Position numbers and translations under genes: made by a program | DNA from: Actinomycetes bacterium | GTDB taxonomy: Bacteria > Actinomycetota > Actinomycetes > Actinomycetales > Dermabacteraceae | NCBI GenBank assembly: GCA_023389045.1 | Contig: JAEWEZ010000014.1 | Span: 7,772 to 71,771, forward strand | DNA length: 64,000 nucleotides | Reading direction: 5' to 3' | In this document: positions 19,165 to 28,989 of the stretch, one piece after another | Layout of the letters: each line of letters starts with the position of its first letter | Position numbering within the stretch: the stretch's first letter is position 1 | Notes under the pieces: model-generated | Databases searched by the model: none | Told to the model about the DNA's origin: nothing | The model's input: only the letters and a program-made list of their open reading frames with translations

Positions 19165-20868
19165 TCAGGTGCCGCAGAAGGTCACGATCTGTTCCGACCC
19201 CTCCCCGGCGGTCTCGAGGTCCTCGAGGCCGCCGTGGTGCGTATAGGGGTCGCGTACGGCGGTGAGGATGCGTTCGACGGGTTCGAGGTCCCCGGCCTCG
19301 GCGTGCATGAGCGCGCGTTCCAGGTGGGCGTTGCGGGGGATATAGACGGGGTTCCGACGGGTCATCTCGGCGGCGGCAGCATCGGCTGCGGGGCCGGTGC
19401 CGCGCAGGGCCTGCCAGCGGTCGCGCCATGCGGGCCACGCGGCATCAGCGTGGAGTGCGGCGAGCGCCGTTTCACCGGCGACCCCGGTGTTCCCGGCACA
19501 TTCCGCAGAACCGGCAGCCCTCGTCGTCCCTGCCTCTTCTGCGTCTTCTGCGTCTTCGTCGTTACCGGATTTCCCGCCCTCCTCCGCGAGCGCGCGCAGC
19601 GTGAGGGTGTGGTCGGCCTGCACCTTTTCCATCAGGGTGAAGAGGTCGGCGGCAAGAGCCCGCACCTCCTCCAGACGGCTGAGCGTGGCCGGTTCCGTAT
19701 CGGCTCCGACGTGGATGCCGAGGCGCGCCGCCATCTGCCGTGCCCAGGCCAGCAGGAACTGCGGTTCGAAAGCTTCCAGCACAGCGGTAGCTTTCTCGAC
19801 CGCTGCCTCGGGGTTTTCCGCGTCGATCACGGGAAGCAGGGCTTCCGCGCAGCGCGAGAGGTTCCACAGGGCGATCCCGGGCTGGTTCCGATAGGCGTAG
19901 CGTCCGCCGGTATCAATCGAGCTGAACACCGCCCCGGCACGGTGCACGTCGAGGAAAGCGCAGGGCCCGTAGTCAATGCCCTCGCCCGAGAGGGTCATGT
20001 TGTCGGTGTTCATCACGCCGTGCACAAAGCCGGCCGCCATCCATTGCGCGATCAACTCCGCCTGCGCCGTTGCCACCGCACCCAACAGACCGAGGGCCTG
20101 CTCGGGCGCGGGGAGAGCCGCCAGATACGGGTGGTGACGGTGAATCGCATGGTTCACAAGCGTCTCCAGCACCGTCGGCTCATAACTCCAGGACGCCAGC
20201 TGGAGCGTGCCGACCCGCAGGTGGCTTGCGGCGACGCGCACGGCGAGCGCGCCGGTTTCCGGACGGATACCGCGGCGCGCCTGGATCTTCTCGCCGGTGG
20301 TGAGCACGGCGAGGACGCGGGAGGTGGGAATCCCCTGGTAGTGAAGGGCTTCGCCGACCACGAGTTCGCGCAGCATCGGGCCGAGGGGGGCTTTGCCGTC
20401 GGCGCCGGGGCGGGCAAAGGGTGTGCGTCCGGCGCCCTTCAGGTGCAGTTCGCGGCGGGCAGCGCGGGTGTCGAGGAAGTCGCCGAGGAGTACGGCGCGA
20501 CCATCACCCAGCATTGGCACCGCACTGCCGAACTGGTGGCCGGCATAGGCCTGCGCGGTGGTGGTGGGGGTTTGTGCACGGGCGGTAGTTCCAGAGCTGT
20601 TGGTAGATCCAGAGTTGTTAGTAGTTTCAGCGCTGGTGGTCGTTCCCGGGCCGGGGGTGGGGTCCGGGGTGGGGCCGACGGGGCCTTGCCCGGTGAGCCA
20701 GGCGATTCCGTCCGGGGTGCGCAGCTCTTCAGGGTCGAGGCCGAGCTCGATGGCGAGCTGCTCGTTCAGGTGCACAATGCGCGGCGCAGGCGGGGTGTCG
20801 GCACGGTGTGGCACCGAGAGTTCCGGGACCGCCTGGGCGTAGGTCTGGTGCAGTGCGGGCAGGCTCAT
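19165..20868 (-). CDS. selO: Protein adenylyltransferase SelO (YdiU) pseudokinase
   Basis: YAGHQFG, LGDGR, LKGAGRTPF, GFVHGVMNTDN, IDYGP, NPVYIPRN, C-terminal TFCGT. Confidence 0.95.
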   Translation of the reverse strand: MSLPALHQTYAQAVPELSVPHRADTPPAPRIVHLNEQLAIELGLDPEELRTPDGIAWLTGQGPVGPTPDPTPGPGTTTSAETTNNSGSTNSSGTTARAQTPTTTAQAYAGHQFGSAVPMLGDGRAVLLGDFLDTRAARRELHLKGAGRTPFARPGADGKAPLGPMLRELVVGEALHYQGIPTSRVLAVLTTGEKIQARRGIRPETGALAVRVAASHLRVGTLQLASWSYEPTVLETLVNHAIHRHHPYLAALPAPEQALGLLGAVATAQAELIAQWMAAGFVHGVMNTDNMTLSGEGIDYGPCAFLDVHRAGAVFSSIDTGGRYAYRNQPGIALWNLSRCAEALLPVIDAENPEAAVEKATAVLEAFEPQFLLAWARQMAARLGIHVGADTEPATLSRLEEVRALAADLFTLMEKVQADHTLTLRALAEEGGKSGNDEDAEDAEEAGTTRAAGSAECAGNTGVAGETALAALHADAAWPAWRDRWQALRGTGPAADAAAAEMTRRNPVYIPRNAHLERALMHAEAGDLEPVERILTAVRDPYTHHGGLEDLETAGEGSEQIVTFCGT

Positions 20869-20989
20869 GCTCCTCCTTCTGCCGGGCTCATCCTCTGCAG
20901 AGCCGCCTCGTCAGCAGGACCTCGTAAGCAGTGTGTCCCGTCGTGCCATCCCTCGTCACGAACGCGTTCCCGGGATCAGCTGCGTCGGC

Positions 20990-22018
20990 TCACCATTCAT
21001 ACCGCAGGTTGCGGGTGGGTCCCACCGAGGGGATGTCCTGACGCTCCCCCACGGGATGCTCCGGATTCCAGGATCCTCCCTGCACGCCCAGGAGGTCCAG
21101 CAGGAGCGGAACCACCTGGTGGCTGCGCAGCGGACCCGTCCCCGCCAGACGTTCCCGGAGTGCTTCCTCGCAGCCCTCCGGTCCCACGTGATGCAGGAGC
21201 AGGAAGGAGCGGCGCACATCCACTTCGTCTTCACCGTGGCCACCCTCGGGTTTGTGCCCGTGGTCGGTGACCACCGCCACCAGCCATTCCTCGCCCAGCT
21301 GCTCGTAGCGTTCACTGACGGCCTTGATCAGGTACCGCACATGCTCATCGACGGCGGCGATCGACGCCCGGTATTCAGGGGCTGCCGCACCGTGGGCGTG
21401 ACCGGCCTCGTCCACCCCTTCCAGGTGAATGACCATCGCGTCGGGTCCCTCGTGGTTCAGCACCCATGCCGCCCAGGTGGTCACTTCCTGATCGGCACTG
21501 ACGCAGCCGCGGCTGAAGTCGGAGGCGGAGAACAGCTGATGCTGCCCGCCGAGCTGCTGGTCAACACGCTGGTGGATCACCGGACCGGGGCCTCGGCGGT
21601 CTACCAGGGCGCCCCAGGTGCAGGCGGCGGCGGTGCGGGCCAATGGGTTGGCGGCCCAGATGCGGGTGAGCACATCGGGGGTGGTGGCCAGGCGGTGGCC
21701 GACGAACTCGTTCCACCACACGTTGTTTTGCTCATGCGTGGTGCCGGTGAGCAGGGAGGCCCAGCCGGGGCCGGAGTCGGTGGGCGGGGTCATCCACACC
21801 GGCAGGATGGTGCCGCCATCGAGCAGACGCGCGAGGGTGCGGGCGGCCGGTTCTGTGCTTGGCGACGGCATCTCGGGGGCGTCGGCGGGTCGGGCTTCAG
21901 CGCCGAAACGTGGATCGGCGGGATGGTCGGGGGCGGCAAAGCCCTCGTGGAGGGTCATGGCGGCGGGCACAGCAAGATCGATTCGCACGCCGTCAAGGCC
22001 GATGAGCAGCAGTTTCAC
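20990..22018 (-). CDS. Alkaline phosphatase superfamily (nucleotide pyrophosphatase/phosphodiesterase-like) protein
   Basis: LIGLDGVR, TDSGPGWASLLTG, DEAGHAHG, VVTDHGH; translationally coupled to the GH38 gene. Confidence 0.88.
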   Translation of the reverse strand: MKLLLIGLDGVRIDLAVPAAMTLHEGFAAPDHPADPRFGAEARPADAPEMPSPSTEPAARTLARLLDGGTILPVWMTPPTDSGPGWASLLTGTTHEQNNVWWNEFVGHRLATTPDVLTRIWAANPLARTAAACTWGALVDRRGPGPVIHQRVDQQLGGQHQLFSASDFSRGCVSADQEVTTWAAWVLNHEGPDAMVIHLEGVDEAGHAHGAAAPEYRASIAAVDEHVRYLIKAVSERYEQLGEEWLVAVVTDHGHKPEGGHGEDEVDVRRSFLLLHHVGPEGCEEALRERLAGTGPLRSHQVVPLLLDLLGVQGGSWNPEHPVGERQDIPSVGPTRNLRYEW

Positions 22019-25000
22019 GGGGTCTCCTGGGGGGTGAGGCGGAGCGAGAGGATCTGGAAGGGGCGCAGGCTGAACTCGACGGGTGCACCGGCGGGGAGGT
22101 TCTGTTCGAGGCGGGGCGGCCCGGCGGGGGACGCGGGGTCGGTGACCTCCTCATCGAGGGGGTCGACGGTGCACAGGCGTGCGAGCGGCAGGCCGAAGCG
22201 TGCGGTGACCCGGCCGTGGCTTCCCCGGCATTCGTGCAGGCGAACGATCAGGTCGCCGCTGCCGTCAGGGGCGGGGAGGATTGCATCCACCTGCGCGGCG
22301 TCGTCATCGAGGGTGAGGAGAGCCTCGGTGTGCTCCTGCGAGCTGGGCGTGGTGTCAGTGCCGGGGGTGGTGTTGGTGCCGGGGGTGAGGATGAGCGGAA
22401 GGTTGAGCTCCTCGCCCGCGCGGGTGGCGGAGGCTGGGTCGGCCCCGACCAGGATGCTGACCCGGACGGTGCGCCGGCTGCGATCAGCGTGCGGGTCTGG
22501 CCAGTTCGGTGCGCGCATGAGGCTCAGGCGCAGCAGCGTGCCGATCGCTCGGCCACCCCAGATCGGGGCACTCGGCTGGGCGCCGTGCACCGTTTCGGGC
22601 GAGGCCCCCTGGACACTGCTCGACACCGTGGTGGCCAGGGCGTCACCCGTCATGTTGGGCGCGGTCGCGTAGGCCGTTTCGGGCAGATCATTGTGCGCCG
22701 TTGCGCTCGGGCTTCCGTCGCCTTCATGCCAGGGCAGTGCGTCGTAACCGTAGGTGGAATCCCCCACGAGCGCGGCGCCATAGCCGGGTTCGGCCGCAAG
22801 CACCCAGCGGTGCATCGGCAGCTCGAACTTCGCAAACTCCCAGCTCGTGTTCTCGTGCAGGGGGCGCGTGACATGCCCAAACTGGATCTCTGCGAGGGTT
22901 TCGCGGGCCTGAACGGCAAGCGGAACAGCGAGTTTGAGCAGGGTCTCGCGCTCGCGCCAGTCCACGTCGAACTCAAGATCCACACGGGAGGAGCCGGCAT
23001 CAAGACGGACAATCTGCCGGCATGGGGAATCCCCGAGCATCCGCTCCACCGCGACCTCGGCCCGCAGCGGATCATCGACGGTGATCTCCAGGCGGTGCGG
23101 AGCGCTCACTCGATGCTGCAGGGGGCTTCCGCGGTAGTGACGGTCCACGTCCCAGGCATCGAACTCATTGGGCACATCCTCGAACATCTGCAGTTCGGCG
23201 GCGCGCGCGTCCGGAGGAATGAGCTCCCGCTCTGCATGGAGATCACGCAGAGAAGCGAGGGTTCCGTCGGCCCCAATCACTGCGCGGACCAGGCCGTTAT
23301 CCATCACTACCGTCTCACCCTCCCGCTGCACGCGCACCGGCGGGTAGGAGGGAGCCGACGGGTCTGCCGCCTCTGCGCTATCCGCCGCGCACCGTGCCTG
23401 CTCAAGCGGGATGAGCGAGGAGCCGGGCACGCGCATGAGCTCCAGGGCTCCGTCCACGGCGAGGACGGCGGTGCGCTCATGCCCGGTCGCATTGAGCAGG
23501 GTGGCGCTGCCGGTCGGCTGGGCGGCGCCGGTCGGCTGGGCGGCGCCGGTGGGCTGGGCGCTGTCGCCGCTGGGCTGGGTGCCGTTGCCGGTGAGCAGGG
23601 CAAGACCCTGCATCGTTAACTGCTGCGCCTGCTCCAGAATCCAGGCGTAATCGGCGCGCGCATCTCGATGCACCCAGGCGATCGACGTGCCCGGCAGGAT
23701 GTCGTGGAACTGCAGAAGAAGGGTGCGCTGCCACAGGCGGTCCACCTGCTCTTGGTCAATACGCCCCAAGCCCCGGGCTTGCACGAGCGCCCACACCAGT
23801 TCGAGCGTGCGCAGGGCATGCTCAGCCCGTCTATTCCCCTGCTTCATCTCCAGCTGCGAGGTGTACACCCCGCGGTGGAACTCCAGATAGAGCTCGCCAC
23901 GCTGCGTCGGCGCAGCCGCACCGTAATCCGCGCGGGCCTCCTCAAAGAAGGCATCCGGACTGCCCATGCGCAGGCGCGGCGAGCCCTCGAGATCCGCGCG
24001 GCGTCGCGCCCGTTCAAGCATCGTGGCGGTTGGCCCGCCGCCACCATCGCCATAGCCGAAGGGGATCACCTGATGCCCGGTGCGGCCCTTATCGCGGTGA
24101 TCGCGTTCCGCTTTGGCGATCTCATCGGCGGTGAGCATCGAGTCGTAGCAGTCCACCGGCGGATAGTGGGAGAAGAGGCGGGTCCCGTCGATCCCTTCCC
24201 ACCAAAAGGTGGTGTGGGGGTAGCGGTTGATCTTGGACCAGGAGATTTTCTGCGTCAGGAAGAACTCCTGCCCGATCTGCCGAGCAATCTGCGGAAGCGC
24301 CGCCGAATAACCGAAGGAATCCGGAAGCCAGAGGGTGCGGGAGCGTACGCCCAGTTCACGCTGCATGTACCGGGTGCCGTAGGTGAACTGGCGGATGAGG
24401 GCTTCGCCGCCGGGCAGGTTGGCATCGGACTCCACCCACATGCCGCCCGAAGGGAACCAGCGCCCCTCGGCGATCCGCCGTCGTACCCGCTCGAAGACGG
24501 ACGGTTGCGTCTCCTGCAACCAGGCGTACTGCTGGGCGCTCGTCGCGGTGAAGGTGAACTCCGGGTAGTCCTCCATGAGTTCATCGACATTGGCGAAGGT
24601 GCGCCCCACCTTGCGGATCGTTTCGCGCACCGGCCAGAGCCACGCGGAATCAATATGTGCATGCCCAATCGTGGTGATCTGCTGGGCGGAGGCCTCTGCC
24701 GGGGCATCGAGCAGCGGGGCGAGCACTGCCCGTGCAGCCGCGGCGCTGCCGGGAACATCGGTGAGGCTCAGGGCATCAACCATGGCATCCAAGCCGCAGA
24801 TGATCCGGGCGCGGCGCGTGGAATGCTCGGGGAGTTCCGCAGCAAGCCCGCGCAGCACATCCACGTCGTGCCAGAGCCCCCAGACCTCCAGGTTCCGCTG
24901 CACCAGGCGAGCGGTGCGCAGACAGTAGACGAGATCCTCAGGCGCGGTCAGACGGTCCCCGCGCTCCGTCGGGATCGGCCCGGCCGAGAGCATGTCGGGA

Positions 25001-25458
25001 TTGGCGGCCGCCTCCAGGTACCAGGTGAGGGGCTCCCCGGCGGCAGCGATGACGGCCCGCCGACGGTTCCGCGAGTTGATCGCTTTGAGCGCGACCCCGT
25101 CGGCGTCGAACAGCATCCCCTCGCACTGGTTCCCCGGCCAGTCATCCACGAAACCGAGGTCAACGTCGAGGAGCACCGGCCCCGTCGGATCCACACCCGC
25201 CGTTCCAGGAGCGCAGTCGGGCATAACGCCCTCAAGCCGGAACCACCAGGTCGACCAGGCTTTCCCCCAGGGGATCGGAAGCTCCGCAGGGGTGTAGGTG
25301 GCGTTGAGCGCCTGGCGTGCCGGAACCGGTTCACCGTCTCCCGGCACTTTCCATACGCTGACCTGCAGCGGGGCAATCTCGCGGTGTACCGCGGGCAGGA
25401 TCCGTTCGCGCTGGACTCGGTCCACACGGGCCAGCGCCCGTTTCTCATCATGATGCAC
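22015..25458 (-). CDS. Alpha-mannosidase, GH38
   Basis: GHAHIDSAWLWP, WVESD, WLPDSFGYS, GYGDGGGGPT, GELYLEFHRG, QFHDILPGTS. Confidence 0.95.
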   Translation of the reverse strand: MHHDEKRALARVDRVQRERILPAVHREIAPLQVSVWKVPGDGEPVPARQALNATYTPAELPIPWGKAWSTWWFRLEGVMPDCAPGTAGVDPTGPVLLDVDLGFVDDWPGNQCEGMLFDADGVALKAINSRNRRRAVIAAAGEPLTWYLEAAANPDMLSAGPIPTERGDRLTAPEDLVYCLRTARLVQRNLEVWGLWHDVDVLRGLAAELPEHSTRRARIICGLDAMVDALSLTDVPGSAAAARAVLAPLLDAPAEASAQQITTIGHAHIDSAWLWPVRETIRKVGRTFANVDELMEDYPEFTFTATSAQQYAWLQETQPSVFERVRRRIAEGRWFPSGGMWVESDANLPGGEALIRQFTYGTRYMQRELGVRSRTLWLPDSFGYSAALPQIARQIGQEFFLTQKISWSKINRYPHTTFWWEGIDGTRLFSHYPPVDCYDSMLTADEIAKAERDHRDKGRTGHQVIPFGYGDGGGGPTATMLERARRRADLEGSPRLRMGSPDAFFEEARADYGAAAPTQRGELYLEFHRGVYTSQLEMKQGNRRAEHALRTLELVWALVQARGLGRIDQEQVDRLWQRTLLLQFHDILPGTSIAWVHRDARADYAWILEQAQQLTMQGLALLTGNGTQPSGDSAQPTGAAQPTGAAQPTGSATLLNATGHERTAVLAVDGALELMRVPGSSLIPLEQARCAADSAEAADPSAPSYPPVRVQREGETVVMDNGLVRAVIGADGTLASLRDLHAERELIPPDARAAELQMFEDVPNEFDAWDVDRHYRGSPLQHRVSAPHRLEITVDDPLRAEVAVERMLGDSPCRQIVRLDAGSSRVDLEFDVDWRERETLLKLAVPLAVQARETLAEIQFGHVTRPLHENTSWEFAKFELPMHRWVLAAEPGYGAALVGDSTYGYDALPWHEGDGSPSATAHNDLPETAYATAPNMTGDALATTVSSSVQGASPETVHGAQPSAPIWGGRAIGTLLRLSLMRAPNWPDPHADRSRRTVRVSILVGADPASATRAGEELNLPLILTPGTNTTPGTDTTPSSQEHTEALLTLDDDAAQVDAILPAPDGSGDLIVRLHECRGSHGRVTARFGLPLARLCTVDPLDEEVTDPASPAGPPRLEQNLPAGAPVEFSLRPFQILSLRLTPQETP

Positions 25459-25500
25459 GGAGCCTCCTCGGGGCAGCGTGAGGACGAATCAGCGCAGGAA

Positions 25501-26901
25501 TCAGCGCAGGTAACCGAGTTCGGGGAACTCGTCGATGGCGGCGGCGAGCGCCTTACGTGCCACACCCACCCCGTCGATCAAGGGGTGCAGGGCCAGCGCC
25601 TCAACCGCGAGGTCACGGGAGCCTTCGAGGGCCGCGCGGATGGTTGTGCGCTCGACGTTTTTGACGCTCGCGACGAGGCCGCGACCGTGATCGGGAACGC
25701 CGGAGACGGGCAGGCGGTGCGGTCCGCTGCTATCGACCAGGCAGGGCACCTCAACCACGGCATCCTCGGGCAGGAAGTCCATGGCGGGGCTGCCGTCACC
25801 GGCGGCGTTGGGCACATTGAGGATGAGCTGTGCGGGGCGGTCGTGGGCGATGGCGTGCATGATCGCGAGGGCAACCCGGTCGTATCCACCGGATTCGAGG
25901 TCTTCGTCATCGCGTTCCATGCCGCCGGCGGCCTCACGGTTGGTGGCCATGTAGGTGGCTTCGCGCTGAAGACGTGTGCGCTCCCAAAGGGCAGCCGCCT
26001 CGGCGGGGCTGAGGCTGCCCACCTGGTCGTAGAAGCCCGACTGCTGCTGCTGAAGGAAGACGCCGCGGGTCGCCTCCGCGCCGGCGTCGGCCTGCACTGT
26101 TTCGCGTGCGTAGTAGTAGTAGTGCAGGTATTCGTTGGGGATGCAGCCCAGGGTGCGCACCCAGTCGGCCCCGAACAGACGCCCCTCCTCGAAGGATTCG
26201 ATCAGATCGGGCCGCTCCAGCAGGCGGGGAAGCACGTCCTGCCCGTCCACGTGAATGCCGCGCAGCCAGCCCAGATGGTTCAGGCCTGCGTAGTCGAGCG
26301 TCACGGCGCCACCGCCGGTGCCCACATCGGCGGTGGTTCCGGCGGGTACGAGCCTGGCACCTTCGAGACTTCCGAGGGCCCGGCGGGCCAGGCCGATCGG
26401 GGAATCACAGATGCCGATGACTCGCTTGCCGAGGATCGCGCTGGTGGCCTCGGTAATCATCCCGGCGGGGTTGGTGAAGTTGATCAGCCACGCCTCCGGG
26501 TTCACCTCGCGCAGGGTGCGGGCGAGGTCAAGGGCGACGGGGATCCCTCGCAGGGCGTAGCTGATGCCGCCAAAGCCAGTGGTTTCCTGCCCCAGAATCC
26601 CCAGGCGGTGGGCGATCTGTTCATCGCGGGCGCGGCCCTCAGTGCCGCCGACGCGGATCGCGGAAAACACGAAATCCACGCCGCGGACGGCCTCGGCGAG
26701 CTCCTCGCTCAGCACGATCTCGGGGGCCTCGGGATCATCCGCGGCCATCGCGGTGAGGATCTTATGCATCGCACGAAGACGAGCGGGGTCTGCATCGTGC
26801 AGGCGAAGCTGGGTGATGCGGCCCTCGCTGCGATCAGCCATCAGGGTGCGGTAGACGAGGGGCACGCGGAATCCACCGCCGCCGAGCAGGGCAAGCTTCA
26901 T
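25501..26901 (-). CDS. GH4 NAD+/Mn-dependent glycosidase (6-phospho-beta-glucosidase-like)
   Basis: LLGGGGFR, IRVGG, GQETTG, INFTNPAG, IGICD, GLNHLGW, PNEYLHYY, VEVPC. Confidence 0.93.
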   Translation of the reverse strand: MKLALLGGGGFRVPLVYRTLMADRSEGRITQLRLHDADPARLRAMHKILTAMAADDPEAPEIVLSEELAEAVRGVDFVFSAIRVGGTEGRARDEQIAHRLGILGQETTGFGGISYALRGIPVALDLARTLREVNPEAWLINFTNPAGMITEATSAILGKRVIGICDSPIGLARRALGSLEGARLVPAGTTADVGTGGGAVTLDYAGLNHLGWLRGIHVDGQDVLPRLLERPDLIESFEEGRLFGADWVRTLGCIPNEYLHYYYYARETVQADAGAEATRGVFLQQQQSGFYDQVGSLSPAEAAALWERTRLQREATYMATNREAAGGMERDDEDLESGGYDRVALAIMHAIAHDRPAQLILNVPNAAGDGSPAMDFLPEDAVVEVPCLVDSSGPHRLPVSGVPDHGRGLVASVKNVERTTIRAALEGSRDLAVEALALHPLIDGVGVARKALAAAIDEFPELGYLR

Positions 26902-27704
26902 GGGGTCAGTACCTCCGTGGATGCATGGGCGAGCAGCTCGGCGAGAGCAGGGGCTGCGGTGTCGAGATCTGCGTCGGTGATCAGATGGTCGAGATCGGTA
27001 ACGTCACCGGCGATAAAGGCGCCGGTTCCTGGCAGTTTGGAGGCGTCGACAAGCACGGCGGTGGTTCCGGCGACGCGAATAGCGGCGCGTTTGACGGCTA
27101 CCTGGCGGGTGTCGGTATCGCGGATCAGGGCGCGGTCGCTGATGCCTGCGCAGCCGAGGAATGCGCGATCTACCTGCAGCGCGCTCAGGGCATCCGAGAC
27201 GGTCGAACCCTGCGTGCAGCGGTACTCGCGGTTGTATTCGCCGCCCAAAAGCACGAGGTCCACGCCAGGGGCTCGGCTGAGCAGATCAACGGCGCTCAGG
27301 GATGCGGTGATAACGGTGATCGTGCGGTCGGTCAGGGAACGTGCGAGTTCATGGCAGGTGGTTCCCACGTCGAGGAAGACCGTTTCCCCATCCTCCACCA
27401 GGCTCGCAGCGCGCCTGGCGATGCGCTTTTTCCCCTCGGAGTTACGGGCAAGTACCTGCTCGAAGGGCTCATCGACGGTTTCGGTCTCGCCCATGGTTTC
27501 GACAGTGATGGGCAGGGTCGCATCGGGCCAGAGACGGGCACCCCCGAAAACACGCTCGACATAGCCTTCCTCCGCGAGAACATCGAGGTCGCGGCGGATC
27601 GTGACCACGGAGACGCCAAGCTCATCGGCGAGCTGCGTCGTGGACACCACCCCTTGAGCCCGCAGGAGGTCAAGGAGGTTGGAAAGGCGAGCGGCACGGA
27701 TCAC
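26898..27704 (-). CDS. DeoR/GlpR family transcriptional regulator
   Basis: LGVSVVTIRRDL HTH, FLDVGTT, LLGG, DASK; TACCGT-N7-GTG start. Confidence 0.93.
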   Translation of the reverse strand: MIRAARLSNLLDLLRAQGVVSTTQLADELGVSVVTIRRDLDVLAEEGYVERVFGGARLWPDATLPITVETMGETETVDEPFEQVLARNSEGKKRIARRAASLVEDGETVFLDVGTTCHELARSLTDRTITVITASLSAVDLLSRAPGVDLVLLGGEYNREYRCTQGSTVSDALSALQVDRAFLGCAGISDRALIRDTDTRQVAVKRAAIRVAGTTAVLVDASKLPGTGAFIAGDVTDLDHLITDADLDTAAPALAELLAHASTEVLTP

Positions 27705-27744
27705 GATCGCCACGGTAGCCCTCACCACCGCCAAAGACAACACA

Positions 27745-27760
27745 AACGAACAGATTCGTT
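27745..27760. promoter_or_regulatory. Candidate operator in the divergent deoR/pfkB promoter
   Basis: Perfect inverted repeat AACGAA-CAGA-TTCGTT within an AT-richer divergent intergenic region. Confidence 0.4.
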
Positions 27761-27953
27761 CACTTCTGGCGCAGACACCGCCTGTTCACCCAGTTGACAC
27801 CCCAGGTTGCAACTCTTTTACCGATCGTTATTGACCAAAGGTGATCATTTCCGCACACTTAAGGGCGTTGGACGATCAACACTCTGCCCTCATCACCATC
27901 CGAGGCTCAGCGCTCAGGCGCACCACGGACGGCCACCGCAGAACGGAGCAGCC

Positions 27954-28928
27954 ATGCGCAATGCCACCGCAGCGCCCGATGACGCTCCCGCGCGCACAGA
28001 ACTGCTCGCCGTCGGCCAACTCTTCCTCGATGTTCTCTACGGCCCCCTGCCGACTGCCCCGGTTCTCGGCGAAGAAACCTTCACCCCCACGGTCGAACTC
28101 ATCCCCGGTGGGATCGCGAACTTTGCCCTGGCTGCCCGCTCTCTCGGAGCCCGCACCGCTCTGGCTGCCCGGATTGGAGACGGCCCCGCGAGCACACTCG
28201 TGCGCGACCATCTCGAACGCGCCGGCGTAGATACCAGCCCCCTGCGTGTCCAGACCGGATGGGATCTGCAGGTCACCACCGCCATTGCCTACGACGGTGA
28301 CCGCGCCCTCGTCACCGGCGGCCCCACCCCGGCCGAGGTGATCGATACCGAGGTCGAGGTGGCCGATGCCGCCGCCGTTGCCGTGCACATCGGCCCGCAA
28401 GACATCCCCTGGCTTGACCAGGTCGACGCTGGCCGCACCCGCGTCTTCGCCGATGTGGGCTGGGATCCCAGCGGCACCTGGGACCGCGGCGTCCTGCGCC
28501 ACCTGGAACGCTGCTACGCGATCATGCCCAACGCCGATGAGGCCATGGCCTACACCCGCACCAGCTCCTCCCGCGATGCTCTCCACGCCCTCGCTTCACT
28601 CGTGCCGCTGGCCGTTGTGACCTGCGGGGCCGACGGGGCACTTGCCCTGGATGCCGCCACCGGCACGGAAGTGAAGGTCCCTGTCACCCCGCTTGGACCC
28701 GTGGACCCCACCGGCGCCGGAGACACCTTCGGCGCTGCCCTCATCACCCTGCTCGGGCGAGGCCTGGAACTGCGCGATGCCGTCGAAGCGTCCTCACTCG
28801 CTGCCACTGCACGAGCCGCTGCCGTCATCGGCCCCGGCCGCACCCCCGACCTCGCCACCCTGACCACCATCGCCCGACAACACGATCTGGCCTGCGCTGA
28901 TGCGCTCGGCACCCTCGTCGGCCCCTAA
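27954..28928 (+). CDS. PfkB family carbohydrate kinase
   Basis: PGGIANFALAARSLG, PNADEA, DPTGAGDTF signature. Confidence 0.92.
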   Translation: MRNATAAPDDAPARTELLAVGQLFLDVLYGPLPTAPVLGEETFTPTVELIPGGIANFALAARSLGARTALAARIGDGPASTLVRDHLERAGVDTSPLRVQTGWDLQVTTAIAYDGDRALVTGGPTPAEVIDTEVEVADAAAVAVHIGPQDIPWLDQVDAGRTRVFADVGWDPSGTWDRGVLRHLERCYAIMPNADEAMAYTRTSSSRDALHALASLVPLAVVTCGADGALALDAATGTEVKVPVTPLGPVDPTGAGDTFGAALITLLGRGLELRDAVEASSLAATARAAAVIGPGRTPDLATLTTIARQHDLACADALGTLVGP

Positions 28929-28989
28929 AACCACCCACAACCACAACACCCCATCCGCGGCACCTGCCGCATACGTCCCAGGAGGAGCA

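Noticed and set aside
19165..19167. Selenocysteine readthrough at the selO TGA
   Set aside because: TFCGT is a normal bacterial SelO C-terminus, and no SECIS-like evidence was recognised.
14997..22672. Long overlapping ORFs 14997-17357 (-), 19123-21270 (+) and 20867-22672 (+)
   Set aside because: Antisense shadows of well-supported genes with no recognisable motifs.
23668..27564. 1298-aa plus-strand ORF
   Set aside because: Antisense shadow of the GH38, GH4 and DeoR genes, a common high-GC artefact.
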